Shown piece after piece: positions 34,255 to 43,132 of a stretch of DNA of 64,000 bases. The stretch covers positions 1,466 through 65,465 of the IMG/VR virus record IMGVR_UViG_3300028025_002058. One strand, 5' to 3'. A program made the translations under genes and the position numbers. A model generated the notes under the pieces. It saw nothing but the letters and a program-made list of their open reading frames with translations, was not told the origin of the DNA and ran no database searches. This DNA comes from a virus. Taxonomy: Duplodnaviria > Caudoviricetes. Within the stretch, counting starts at the first letter, position 1; each line of letters opens with the position of its first letter.

Positions 34255-35253
34255 TCACGAGTTCCAAGATCTGTATTCTATGTCGGATACAGAATTTTTA
34301 ATGCAGGTTTTGATTTCCTCATCGGTCATGTCGCCAACATCTTTTGCATCATGAGGATATATCTTACCATATTCGTACGAAGCCCACAAGAGGTCTTTGA
34401 ACCTTAATTTATTTACTATGCTTTTACCTAATTCTCTACCAGCTTGGTCAGCATCAGTCATAACAGTTATTTTATTAAAATGTCTATTTAAAAGATTCTG
34501 CTGCTCTGTAGACAGGAAACCGCCAAGCGTAGCAACTACATTTGGAAATCCAGCTTGATGCACACGGATTGCATCAAAGCTAGACTCCACAACTATAACA
34601 TGGTTACCAATTTTTTTGGCACGATGAATATTAAATAATGTTTTGCTCTTTGGTAAATTAGTGCTATTCTTAAAAGACTTACCTTCAATTGATCTGCCAA
34701 CAATTCCTATTGGCATTCCGTCTGGGCTATGTACTGGAACAGTAACCATTCCCATATTCTTAGAGTATCCTAAATCAAAGTGTCTCATGGACTCTTCTTC
34801 AATACCCCTAGATTTGAAATAAGACTTACCCTCTTCTGTAGACAGTAGTTCTTTACTTAGTTTATTTAATGTATCTAAAGAAAACTCTTCAAATACTGGC
34901 TTCTCTTCCATGGCATCTGAAAGCAATGAGTCAAAGTTCTCTAATGCCTCAGCTTCTTTTGTTGCAATAAATCTCATTGCTTCAAATTCATTCTTATTCA
35001 TAACACGCTTTACAAGTTCTTGTAGGGTTCCAGCCTCACCGCATGAAGGGTTAAAGCATATGAATGCTCCCTTTTCACGGCTTACGCTAAAGCTTGATGT
35101 GTGTCTATTGGAATGAAATGGGCAGTAGCATAGAAAGTCATTACCAGTCTCACCAACAATTTCAAGTCCTATGGATTTTAGGATAGACTTGATGTGCGTT
35201 GGCGTGTAGTGCGTGGTATCGACTTCCCTTGTGTTATACCCTCTAATTGCCAT
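34255..35253 (-). CDS. dnaG: DNA primase (Zn finger plus TOPRIM)
   Basis: CPFH...CF..SC; VVES.FD, DAD.AG, KDVGD. Confidence 0.92.
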   Translation of the reverse strand: MAIRGYNTREVDTTHYTPTHIKSILKSIGLEIVGETGNDFLCYCPFHSNRHTSSFSVSREKGAFICFNPSCGEAGTLQELVKRVMNKNEFEAMRFIATKEAEALENFDSLLSDAMEEKPVFEEFSLDTLNKLSKELLSTEEGKSYFKSRGIEEESMRHFDLGYSKNMGMVTVPVHSPDGMPIGIVGRSIEGKSFKNSTNLPKSKTLFNIHRAKKIGNHVIVVESSFDAIRVHQAGFPNVVATLGGFLSTEQQNLLNRHFNKITVMTDADQAGRELGKSIVNKLRFKDLLWASYEYGKIYPHDAKDVGDMTDEEIKTCIKNSVSDIEYRSWNS

Positions 35254-35480
35254 GCTTTCTTCTTTCCCACATAAACACCATGAATGCTCATTAAGAACTT
35301 CCATGTCTCGCCTGTAAATTCTACCGAAAAGGCTGGGTCTATGTCAAGTACCCTGACGTAACCTTTACCTCTCATGTCCTGAACTAACAAATTCTCATAC
35401 TGTGGTCTCAAACTAATTAACTGAGAATTATCTTGAAACTCTACATCGATTTGAAATCTTTTAATTTTTCGATGCGTCAT
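35178..35480 (-). CDS. hypothetical protein
   Basis: ORF between helicase and primase. Confidence 0.65.
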   Translation of the reverse strand: MTHRKIKRFQIDVEFQDNSQLISLRPQYENLLVQDMRGKGYVRVLDIDPAFSVEFTGETWKFLMSIHGVYVGKKKAWQLEGITQGKSIPRTTRQRTSSLS

Positions 35481-36705
35481 TAGCAAACGGATTCTCATAA
35501 ATCTCTTTGATGATACCCCTGTTGATATCCCAATCTAAGAACACATTAAACTCCTGACCATGACGATTCTTTCTGCTAACAACCTCAATCATGTTGGTGT
35601 CGGTATACTTATGAATTGCAATTGCCATATCTGCATCGTACTCAATCGCTTTTGACCAAGCAACTTGAGACAGCATAGGAGGAGCATCTTGATCCGTAAT
35701 ATCATCCATTGTTGCTGCAGTAATGTCAATCACTGGAATGTTATTTGTCATCGCCAGCATTTTAAATTCACGAGATACGTTCATGTTACGCTCAGTTGCG
35801 CCAGAGCTTCTCTTATTATCTGAGAATAGCTGGTGATAGTCAAGGATTACTAGGTCTGGTTTATGCTGATCTATCTTTGCCTGAACAGTATTAGCGTTAA
35901 CGTCACCCATTCCTTCGTTAGATACAAGGATAAATCCATTTTTGTTTTCAAATCTTTTCTGTCCCCATGACCTAAATGTATCAACATTAACATCACCTCT
36001 TGCAAAGTCTGATGCACGGAATAGACCAGAACCCATCATTGTGTAAATGCGATCACGCATATTCTCTGGTGACATTTCAAGAGATACAATCATAGGCTTA
36101 AAGCCTTGTTCCCAAGCTTTGCAAGCCAAGTAGGATGTGAACCATGTCTTACCACGTCCTGGCCAACCAATAGCCACGATAAGGTGTCCTGGAGCCATTC
36201 CTGTTGGATATGCTTTATCAATAGCATCGAAGCCTGTTAGAATTCCTGGAGCCCCGCCCATAATAGTAGAACGCTCTTTAACGGCTAAGAAATGCTTCTC
36301 TGCCAATTCAATATCAGTAATGTCTACGTCACGTACGTTATTGGTAAACTTTGAAAGCTGTGAAAGTTTTGCCTGCAAGTCACCTAGAACTCTGGATGCT
36401 GCATCTTCTCTGAGAGAAGATCCGCTCTGCAGAATAATATTCTTTAATCTTCCAGTTAGGTATTCATTTTTAAGCTTATCTAAATAGTATCCAGTCTCAC
36501 CCTTTGTTTCAACTGGGTCAAAATCTTTGAATCGCTCCATAAGAATTCCAACTTCTGGAACTGCTTTAAACTTATAATAATAAGACTTTAATGAATCCCA
36601 AATGTCTTTATGGGAAGTGAATATCTCATCAACATTGTCTGCAAGTAGTGTGCTTATGTCTTTATTCTTGCATACTGCTGAGATTAACTCTGCTTCTGTA
36701 TTCAC
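35461..36705 (-). CDS. dnaB: DnaB-like replicative helicase
   Basis: GWPGRGKT, SLEM, ILDY, IEYDAD, KNRHG. Confidence 0.93.
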   Translation of the reverse strand: MNTEAELISAVCKNKDISTLLADNVDEIFTSHKDIWDSLKSYYYKFKAVPEVGILMERFKDFDPVETKGETGYYLDKLKNEYLTGRLKNIILQSGSSLREDAASRVLGDLQAKLSQLSKFTNNVRDVDITDIELAEKHFLAVKERSTIMGGAPGILTGFDAIDKAYPTGMAPGHLIVAIGWPGRGKTWFTSYLACKAWEQGFKPMIVSLEMSPENMRDRIYTMMGSGLFRASDFARGDVNVDTFRSWGQKRFENKNGFILVSNEGMGDVNANTVQAKIDQHKPDLVILDYHQLFSDNKRSSGATERNMNVSREFKMLAMTNNIPVIDITAATMDDITDQDAPPMLSQVAWSKAIEYDADMAIAIHKYTDTNMIEVVSRKNRHGQEFNVFLDWDINRGIIKEIYENPFANDASKN

Positions 36706-37022
36706 TCGTTCCCGCCTTCAACTAATTCTTTCGTTGCCTGAAGTAGCAATCGACGATGCTTCTCATCCTTCTCACGTTCTGTTTTTGCATAATCCATCTT
36801 GTCAAAATTATAAAAAAAGAAATTTAGTGGATGACCAGACTTTGTTGTCTTAAAGTAATATACTAAAAGATCCTTAGCCTTGTCAAATCCTACGCTATCA
36901 ATAACATCCTGCATAGCCCACTTTTCACGAAACTTATTTATGCGTGGCTTTCTTCCATACTTTTCGTTATAAAGATTTTCATATAGACCAATTAGAACAT
37001 AGGGCTCTTTCTCACTTGCCAC
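36702..37022 (-). CDS. hypothetical protein (possible helicase partner)
   Basis: Coupled directly upstream of dnaB. Confidence 0.65.
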   Translation of the reverse strand: MASEKEPYVLIGLYENLYNEKYGRKPRINKFREKWAMQDVIDSVGFDKAKDLLVYYFKTTKSGHPLNFFFYNFDKMDYAKTEREKDEKHRRLLLQATKELVEGGNE

Positions 37023-37218
37023 GTTTTAATTCCTCTTCAACCTCACGAGTTTTCTCAATTAGCTTACTCTCAACAAAAGCATAGACTCTTTCAGTAGCAG
37101 CATCCACATTCTCTCCACTGCGAACATCGTCTTCCACGCCAATACCAATTTTAATGCTTTCGTAGTTTCCTAGATTGCGTGTGAACGACAGGTCCACCTT
37201 CACTCTTGTTTCTGACAT
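37012..37218 (-). CDS. conserved phage protein (T.NLGNYES motif)
   Basis: FTRNLGNYESIKI motif; TAATG coupling. Confidence 0.7.
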   Translation of the reverse strand: MSETRVKVDLSFTRNLGNYESIKIGIGVEDDVRSGENVDAATERVYAFVESKLIEKTREVEEELKRGK

Positions 37219-37700
37219 TACTCCGCCTTCCATACAGGTACAAATTTTCCATCTTCTGTCTTAGTATACAATATTAAGTTGTGTTTGAGAATAGCCTGAA
37301 GCTCTGATCTTGAAGGCAATTCTCTAATGTGTCCAGCATCAATAATAAACTGATGAATGTCCAATATGTCCGATTCGCTCAACATATACTTAGACCAAGT
37401 ACTATCTGGGTTACTAATTGGATATATCTTCTGAGGCTGTTTAATCTTGCCCTGCAAAATATATTCCTCTATAGTAACCCTATGTCTACCTAGAATTTTG
37501 CTTACTTCTACAACGCTGTAGGCTTTCTCCATATTCTTCTCAACCTGAGAATAAGGATACATCATTCTTTTTTTATCTAAATAGCACCATGCAATTATTT
37601 CATCTCTTGCTCTCGATAGCTTAAGTACTTTATGTACTTTACCATTTAAGAAGAAATAGACGAATTTTTTGCGTAGTCTTTGTCTTTTTTCTCTAGCCAT
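37218..37700 (-). CDS. MerR/excisionase-like HTH DNA-binding protein
   Basis: YSVVEVSKILGRHRVTIEEYI..GKI. Confidence 0.7.
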   Translation of the reverse strand: MAREKRQRLRKKFVYFFLNGKVHKVLKLSRARDEIIAWCYLDKKRMMYPYSQVEKNMEKAYSVVEVSKILGRHRVTIEEYILQGKIKQPQKIYPISNPDSTWSKYMLSESDILDIHQFIIDAGHIRELPSRSELQAILKHNLILYTKTEDGKFVPVWKAE

Positions 37701-37834
37701 CTACCGAATGCATTCGTTTCTTTATTGATCATCCAACGCTTTCCGCAAAGGATGCAAAACAGTTCTGTATGTAGTTTCTGAGAAAATACCCTATCAACGA
37801 ATACTCTTCCATTACATCTGCCACAGGTCATCAT
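37646..37834 (-). CDS. small zinc-finger protein
   Basis: CGRCNG...CILCG.R. Confidence 0.7.
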   Translation of the reverse strand: MMTCGRCNGRVFVDRVFSQKLHTELFCILCGKRWMINKETNAFGRWLEKKDKDYAKNSSISS

Positions 37835-38631
37835 AGTGTAAATGTTTTCCCATCCACAACACATGAGTAATCTGGTGATACGTGAATCATTTGAATATGG
37901 GGATAGTCATTAACAATATGAGCAATAGCAAATCCCTTTTGCCAGTCATGATGCTGACTATACTTCATACCATCACTCTTTTCATCACACATGTGTCCAA
38001 TTTCATAACCACGAAGAGTTTCTCCTTCGCCACCATTTCTAAGTTCATATGTTACCATATGCGAAGCAATTCTGTGAGAGTGGCCTCTAATTAAAGATAC
38101 TTGAAGATCTTCCATATCTTTTCTTACAGAGCCTGATGCTGCAATTGATAGCCCATGATGAACATGAACATCTCCGAAACGGCGTTTTGGCAATTCATTA
38201 TAATAAATATATTCATAACCTAGAGAGTCTAGACTCCATAGGGATTCTGGTGTTACCTCTGAAATATATTCTGGAAGCTTTGCGTCTACATAATTAAAAA
38301 CTCTAATGTCATGATTTCCTAATGCAGAAAATAATTGAGCATCTGGCAACATCTCTCGTGTCTTAGTGTAAAAATCTCTTGCGCCTTTTGCTTCGTGACG
38401 CATCATGGGTACAATTAAATCTCCACTTTCAGTCTTGTGGTAATTTAAAAATTCAGCTGATCGTCCTTCAGTATACTTACTGTAACATGCCTGATCATCC
38501 GTATCTCCAAGATAGTCTACCACGTCTGGCTTAAACCACTTCATAACCTTAAACCATAGGGCAATCATTTTATCGTCTTGATATGGAAATTGCTGATCAG
38601 ATGACAGCATCCATTTTAAATCGTTTGTCAT
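37831..38631 (-). CDS. calcineurin-like metallophosphoesterase
   Basis: SDQQ, LGD..D, GNHD, HHG and GHSHR motifs. Confidence 0.85.
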   Translation of the reverse strand: MTNDLKWMLSSDQQFPYQDDKMIALWFKVMKWFKPDVVDYLGDTDDQACYSKYTEGRSAEFLNYHKTESGDLIVPMMRHEAKGARDFYTKTREMLPDAQLFSALGNHDIRVFNYVDAKLPEYISEVTPESLWSLDSLGYEYIYYNELPKRRFGDVHVHHGLSIAASGSVRKDMEDLQVSLIRGHSHRIASHMVTYELRNGGEGETLRGYEIGHMCDEKSDGMKYSQHHDWQKGFAIAHIVNDYPHIQMIHVSPDYSCVVDGKTFTL

Positions 38632-38646
38632 TTAGTTTCCCTGCGT

Positions 38647-38713
38647 AAAAAAGGGTCACAGATTAGTGACCTTGATATTATCTAAATTGTAGCATATAGC
38701 TACAGCCTGTCAA
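38647..38713 (-). promoter_or_regulatory. promoter followed by a terminator-like hairpin
   Basis: TTGACA-16-TACAAT (extended TG) containing palindrome TGTAGC-tatat-GCTACA, then GGTCAC/GTGACC plus T-run. Confidence 0.6.
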
Positions 38714-38717
38714 TAGG

Positions 38718-39143
38718 CTAGTTTTGAACTGCTACAAAATGAAATCTTGCAGTTCCAGCGGTTGTGCTAGAAGGAATTCTAACCCTGCACTTTGCGCCAG
38801 TAGTTGTTATTGATATAATTTGAGGGGCATAGGCAAGTGTTACGTTTTTAGTAATCCCTGCAAGGTACGGGGTTAGTGCTATATATGGCTTCTTTGTAAA
38901 CCCTGCGTCAGAATAATCAATATCAAATGGGGTATAGGCTCCAGCTGTTAAATCAATTTTTTCTGTAGTTCCACCAAAAAACTTTGGGATAACAATATCT
39001 GCTACCTTTTTATTTTCAATATTAATGGTAGACCCAGCACTTATCTTAGATCCAGCTAATGCTTCGACAGCGGACAGCCTTGTTAGTAAATTTTGCAGCG
39101 CTGCTGCATCAATTGGATCTCCGTCATTAAATGTGTCTGCCAT
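38718..39143 (-). CDS. tail-associated protein (H-type-lectin-like C-terminus possible)
   Basis: End of tail module; F...P...LT....ITTTG.......FVAV pattern. Confidence 0.55.
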   Translation of the reverse strand: MADTFNDGDPIDAAALQNLLTRLSAVEALAGSKISAGSTINIENKKVADIVIPKFFGGTTEKIDLTAGAYTPFDIDYSDAGFTKKPYIALTPYLAGITKNVTLAYAPQIISITTTGAKCRVRIPSSTTAGTARFHFVAVQN

Positions 39144-39547
39144 TATAAGTTTTCTCCTAATTCATGTGCTGAAATTTCTTTTTCAGAAACCTCAATCATA
39201 TTTGACTTATCTAGACCATATCTGCTAAAAGAATCTGGGTCTACAATGTGTCTTAGTTTATTTTGTGATACTAGATACATTTTACCATCTGCTACGTTCT
39301 TGATCAAGGAGCCATCTCTGAATCCCAGTTTGCCAACTAGCTTAATCCCTGATAATGCCGCCTCAGTAGCTAATACCGTAGTAAATAGCCATGACTGGGC
39401 GGCCCTATCTGAAATCAATCTATATCTCTTGCCGTCTTTAATCCAATAAGTATCTTTATCTGTTTTAACAGCGATTCCAGATGGGAAATTAGTCGGCGAT
39501 GTTATTAAGCTTTTCTGAATAGGCTTCTGCCGCCTCAAATTTAGCAT
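39143..39547 (-). CDS. hypothetical protein with internal duplication
   Basis: Two YWIKDGKR / YLVSQNKLR repeats. Confidence 0.65.
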   Translation of the reverse strand: MLNLRRQKPIQKSLITSPTNFPSGIAVKTDKDTYWIKDGKRYRLISDRAAQSWLFTTVLATEAALSGIKLVGKLGFRDGSLIKNVADGKMYLVSQNKLRHIVDPDSFSRYGLDKSNMIEVSEKEISAHELGENL

Positions 39548-39692
39548 CTGCTTCTCTCTTTGCATTTTCAATTTGTTCTAAAGCCTTTGTATAATCTGCA
39601 CGTAAAATAGCAATTTGAGTTTCATAGTTTGAAACTATTTCACCAATTCTCTGTTGCAGGGCTGTAATGACAAGTTCTGCCTTCTCTGCCAT
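39489..39692 (-). CDS. coiled-coil hypothetical protein
   Basis: 67-aa helical ORF. Confidence 0.65.
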   Translation of the reverse strand: MAEKAELVITALQQRIGEIVSNYETQIAILRADYTKALEQIENAKREADAKFEAAEAYSEKLNNIAD

Positions 39693-39699
39693 GTTTATC

Positions 39700-39927
39700 C
39701 TATTCTGTAATTACAGTTAAAGAATCTCTTTCTTCAACTAGAGCTGCTCTTCTAACATTAGCAGAAGCGATTCTTCCACTTGTAGATGCAACCTGTATTG
39801 CGTCTGGAGTATCAATTGCCTGAGCCTCTATCAAATCTAGCTGTAAGCCATAGATGCTATAGTCTATAGACTTGATATGCTGATTTACAATATTCAACTT
39901 CTCTTCATTTGTTAATTCAATAGTCAT
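39700..39927 (-). CDS. small coiled-coil protein (tail-fibre chaperone candidate)
   Basis: LTNEEKL.I motif; AAGGAGGT SD. Confidence 0.65.
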   Translation of the reverse strand: MTIELTNEEKLNIVNQHIKSIDYSIYGLQLDLIEAQAIDTPDAIQVASTSGRIASANVRRAALVEERDSLTVITE

Positions 39928-39954
39928 TTTTTACCTCCTTTCATATTATATCAT

Positions 39955-40146
39955 TTAGCCTTGATTAGTCAAGGCCTGTCTTTCTTCTAATAAAGCCATT
40001 TTTTTGCTATTGCATATAAAAAGTTCATCTTCTAATGAATACTTATCTTTAAACTCTTCGGCATGTTCAATGAATGAATTCATTATAGCCTCAAGGTTGT
40101 CGAGCCTGCTGTTTAAAATACTTAACTTCTCTTCATTAGTAATCAT
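39955..40146 (-). CDS. paralog of 39700..39927
   Basis: ITNEEKL.I...ALLEER..L shared with the neighbour. Confidence 0.65.
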   Translation of the reverse strand: MITNEEKLSILNSRLDNLEAIMNSFIEHAEEFKDKYSLEDELFICNSKKMALLEERQALTNQG

Positions 40147-40154
40147 ACATTCTC

Positions 40155-43124
40155 CTATACATAAGTTGTGCTTGATGGGTACCAGGCTGAATATGTTGAA
40201 ACTCCAGCAGAGTTTCTAGCCCTTACCTGGGCTCTAGCATAGTTATTTGATCCTGAGTAACCTTGGGTAGAGCTAAGCTGTAAAGATGTTCCAGTTATGC
40301 CTGTAGTGGTATAAGGTCCAAGACGGTTGGTAGTATTTGTTGGACTAGATGTTCGATCTGTATAATTTAGCACCTCATATGATTCTGCGCCAGAAACTGC
40401 ACCCCAACTTACAAGTCCGCTTGTGCTTACGTTAACTCCGCCAGGTACTCCTGGAACTGAAACTGATGGGCTATTAACTGTAGGATATGCTGCTGCTACT
40501 GCTGATCCTGCTGAATTTGTAGCAGTAACTAAAAACCTCCAACCATAATTTGGATATAATGTGTTAATATTTGATGGTGGAGAAAATGTAGTTCCAGTTG
40601 TATATTGTACATAAGTAAATGAGCTCTGTGAAAAATATTCCCATGAGTATGAATATGAAGTAGGTGACCCAGACCATCCAGAAGTAGATCCAGTATATGT
40701 TGTTGTTCCAGCAGTTCCAGTCTCTGGATTTACTGTAGCAGTTCCTCCAGATGGGACAACTACTGGTTCAACATAAGGCGTAGATATAACTGTATTAGAT
40801 CCCACTGTATTGCTACCGTAGGCATTAGATCCAGTAGTAAAAGCTTTAAATTGATCTGGTGTTCCAGACGCTTCTGAAGTAGTAATTGTATGGGTTGCAG
40901 CATTTGAAGGACCCGTACCAAAACCTTGTGACCCTACTGCGGTGTCAGTCTCAACAGGTTCTCTTCCTGTTGCTTTTCTAATAGTTGTTACGTAGCTTAT
41001 TGTTGCAGTTCCAGACATTGCCCCAGCAACAGCGCTTATTGTTGTTCCCGCCATTTGTGTTCCGCTTGGTGTTAATGTTACCGAACCACCACTAGGGGCA
41101 ACTCCTGGAGATACTTGAGTTATAGAGTTTGAAGACGCTGTAGTTGATCCACCAGCATTTGTAGCAGTAACATCGCAATATATACTGTAGTTATCATAAG
41201 AAGAAATACCTGAATATGAATTAGAATTTGTTCCAACGTTTATAGTGCTGGCATATGGTGGGTATGGTAAATAAGTATAAGCTTTCCATTGATATGAGTA
41301 GCTCGTAGGTGAATTATTCCAAGAACCAGTTGTTACTGAAAAATTACGTGTGCCGCTTGTATTTGTATTTACTGGAGAACTTACTAGAACTGGTGCTGCG
41401 CCTGCAACAGTAATAGACCGAGCCCTTGTACTTCTTGTTGGGTCTCCCTGTGGCTCCCATTTCAATACAGCAGTATAGCTTCCTGTATCATAATATGTTT
41501 TGCTTATTCCAGAAAAACTTGGATTGCTTACGCCAGTTGAAAAATATTGCCATCCACTATTTGTTCCATCTCCAAAATCTATTAGGTATCTTCTTGGGAA
41601 AGATGAAGTTCCAGAAGGATAACCTGCTGTTGTGCCAGAAAATGTTACAGAAGATCCTGGAGATACTGTAGATGAACTTACATTTAAAGTCATTGCTGAT
41701 GATGGGTGAACGCTAACCATTGCTGGAACATCAAGTCCTTGCATGTATACGCTATCTGCTCCCAGAGATGCTATACCAGTAAAATAAGATGCCGAAGAAT
41801 TTGTTGAAGATGAGGATGCTCTTGCGCTTACTCTAAATTCAAATTGAAATCTCGGTTGGCCTCCAGAGTATGTCGGCGTTCCAATAGAATACAAAGTATC
41901 TGCATTAATATATATTCTCCATGTTACCGTTGCTGTTGTTCCATTTAATGAAACAGATGTTGGAGTAAGATCGGTAGGAAATGATGTGCTTCCAATTACG
42001 GTACTACTATTAAATTCATATGTATTGCCATTAAAATTGTTATAGATTCTTGGCTCTAGTAAATAATAGGTAGATGCGGCTGCATCTTGAACGGTTGCCA
42101 CAAAGTTTAAGTATCCGTCAGATATAATTCTTGGGGACGACTGATTATCAACAACTCCGTTTCCATTATCATCTGATACTGAAAGAGCAGTTATTGATGG
42201 CTTATTTCCAGTTGATACAAATGCGCTTATTGGGGAGCCAGTATGGTCTGTGTATGAATTAATTAAAACAATTTCAGCTATTATATATTGACCTGCTGGA
42301 ATCCCTCCCATTGCAACATAGGAGTCAACACCGCTTACTGTTGTTCCAGTACCATTATAATCTGAGTATGAACCGCTTCTTGTATCAATAAGTCCAAATA
42401 TATCTTGTATTGGGGTATTCTGAAGAGGTGTTCCTCCAGGAGACTTTGATGAATTTTGCCACCATTGAATATATGACCTATCAAGATCTGCTGCTTTCCA
42501 CCAAGTATCACTGAATGAAAAATTAATAGATATAACTGGGTTGGTTCCAGAATAATCTTCTCCAATAGTTGGAGAGTTTGAGCTAAATGTTGGTGCCTGT
42601 CTTATAATTTTAATTGGTGGATTTGAAAACAATGTTGTTCCTGGAGGATAGGTAGACCATACGTTTGAAGCAACAATCTCATAAAATAGCCACCATCCGT
42701 CAGCCAAATATCTTTTGTATCCAATATCTGTTTCTGAGTTGCTTGTTAAGTTATAAACATCTGTTGTTTCTAATTGATATCTTGTTGTATTACCACTATT
42801 ATCTTCAGAAATTTTCATTCTTCTTGAATTAATAGTAATTGGAGTAGCTCCGACTATGCTGGCTCCATTTGAATCATGTCCATACAATACTGTATTTATA
42901 GACTGTGGACTAGATGCTACTGTTCCATTATATCCAGTTAATCTAATATTAATTGGATCATTTAAATTAACCGCTGGAGCATCTCCAGGCCACATTTGAA
43001 CCCAGCCATTTAATGTCTTAGCAAATAGTTTTGTTCCAGACTTCCATCCATCTGTTGCTTTAACCCATACCTTTTTGGCATTTGTTGACCAGCTGCTTGT
43101 TCCTACTTTAGCGTATATTGGCAT
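40155..43124 (-). CDS. tail fibre / adhesin with PKD, Ig-like and FN3 domains
   Basis: IDFGDG PKD motif; G.W..SPTSYSY.W repeats; C-terminal W.AV.GA.SY...VRA.NSAG.S. Confidence 0.75.
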   Translation of the reverse strand: MPIYAKVGTSSWSTNAKKVWVKATDGWKSGTKLFAKTLNGWVQMWPGDAPAVNLNDPINIRLTGYNGTVASSPQSINTVLYGHDSNGASIVGATPITINSRRMKISEDNSGNTTRYQLETTDVYNLTSNSETDIGYKRYLADGWWLFYEIVASNVWSTYPPGTTLFSNPPIKIIRQAPTFSSNSPTIGEDYSGTNPVISINFSFSDTWWKAADLDRSYIQWWQNSSKSPGGTPLQNTPIQDIFGLIDTRSGSYSDYNGTGTTVSGVDSYVAMGGIPAGQYIIAEIVLINSYTDHTGSPISAFVSTGNKPSITALSVSDDNGNGVVDNQSSPRIISDGYLNFVATVQDAAASTYYLLEPRIYNNFNGNTYEFNSSTVIGSTSFPTDLTPTSVSLNGTTATVTWRIYINADTLYSIGTPTYSGGQPRFQFEFRVSARASSSSTNSSASYFTGIASLGADSVYMQGLDVPAMVSVHPSSAMTLNVSSSTVSPGSSVTFSGTTAGYPSGTSSFPRRYLIDFGDGTNSGWQYFSTGVSNPSFSGISKTYYDTGSYTAVLKWEPQGDPTRSTRARSITVAGAAPVLVSSPVNTNTSGTRNFSVTTGSWNNSPTSYSYQWKAYTYLPYPPYASTINVGTNSNSYSGISSYDNYSIYCDVTATNAGGSTTASSNSITQVSPGVAPSGGSVTLTPSGTQMAGTTISAVAGAMSGTATISYVTTIRKATGREPVETDTAVGSQGFGTGPSNAATHTITTSEASGTPDQFKAFTTGSNAYGSNTVGSNTVISTPYVEPVVVPSGGTATVNPETGTAGTTTYTGSTSGWSGSPTSYSYSWEYFSQSSFTYVQYTTGTTFSPPSNINTLYPNYGWRFLVTATNSAGSAVAAAYPTVNSPSVSVPGVPGGVNVSTSGLVSWGAVSGAESYEVLNYTDRTSSPTNTTNRLGPYTTTGITGTSLQLSSTQGYSGSNNYARAQVRARNSAGVSTYSAWYPSSTTYV

Positions 43125-43132
43125 TTGTATTC

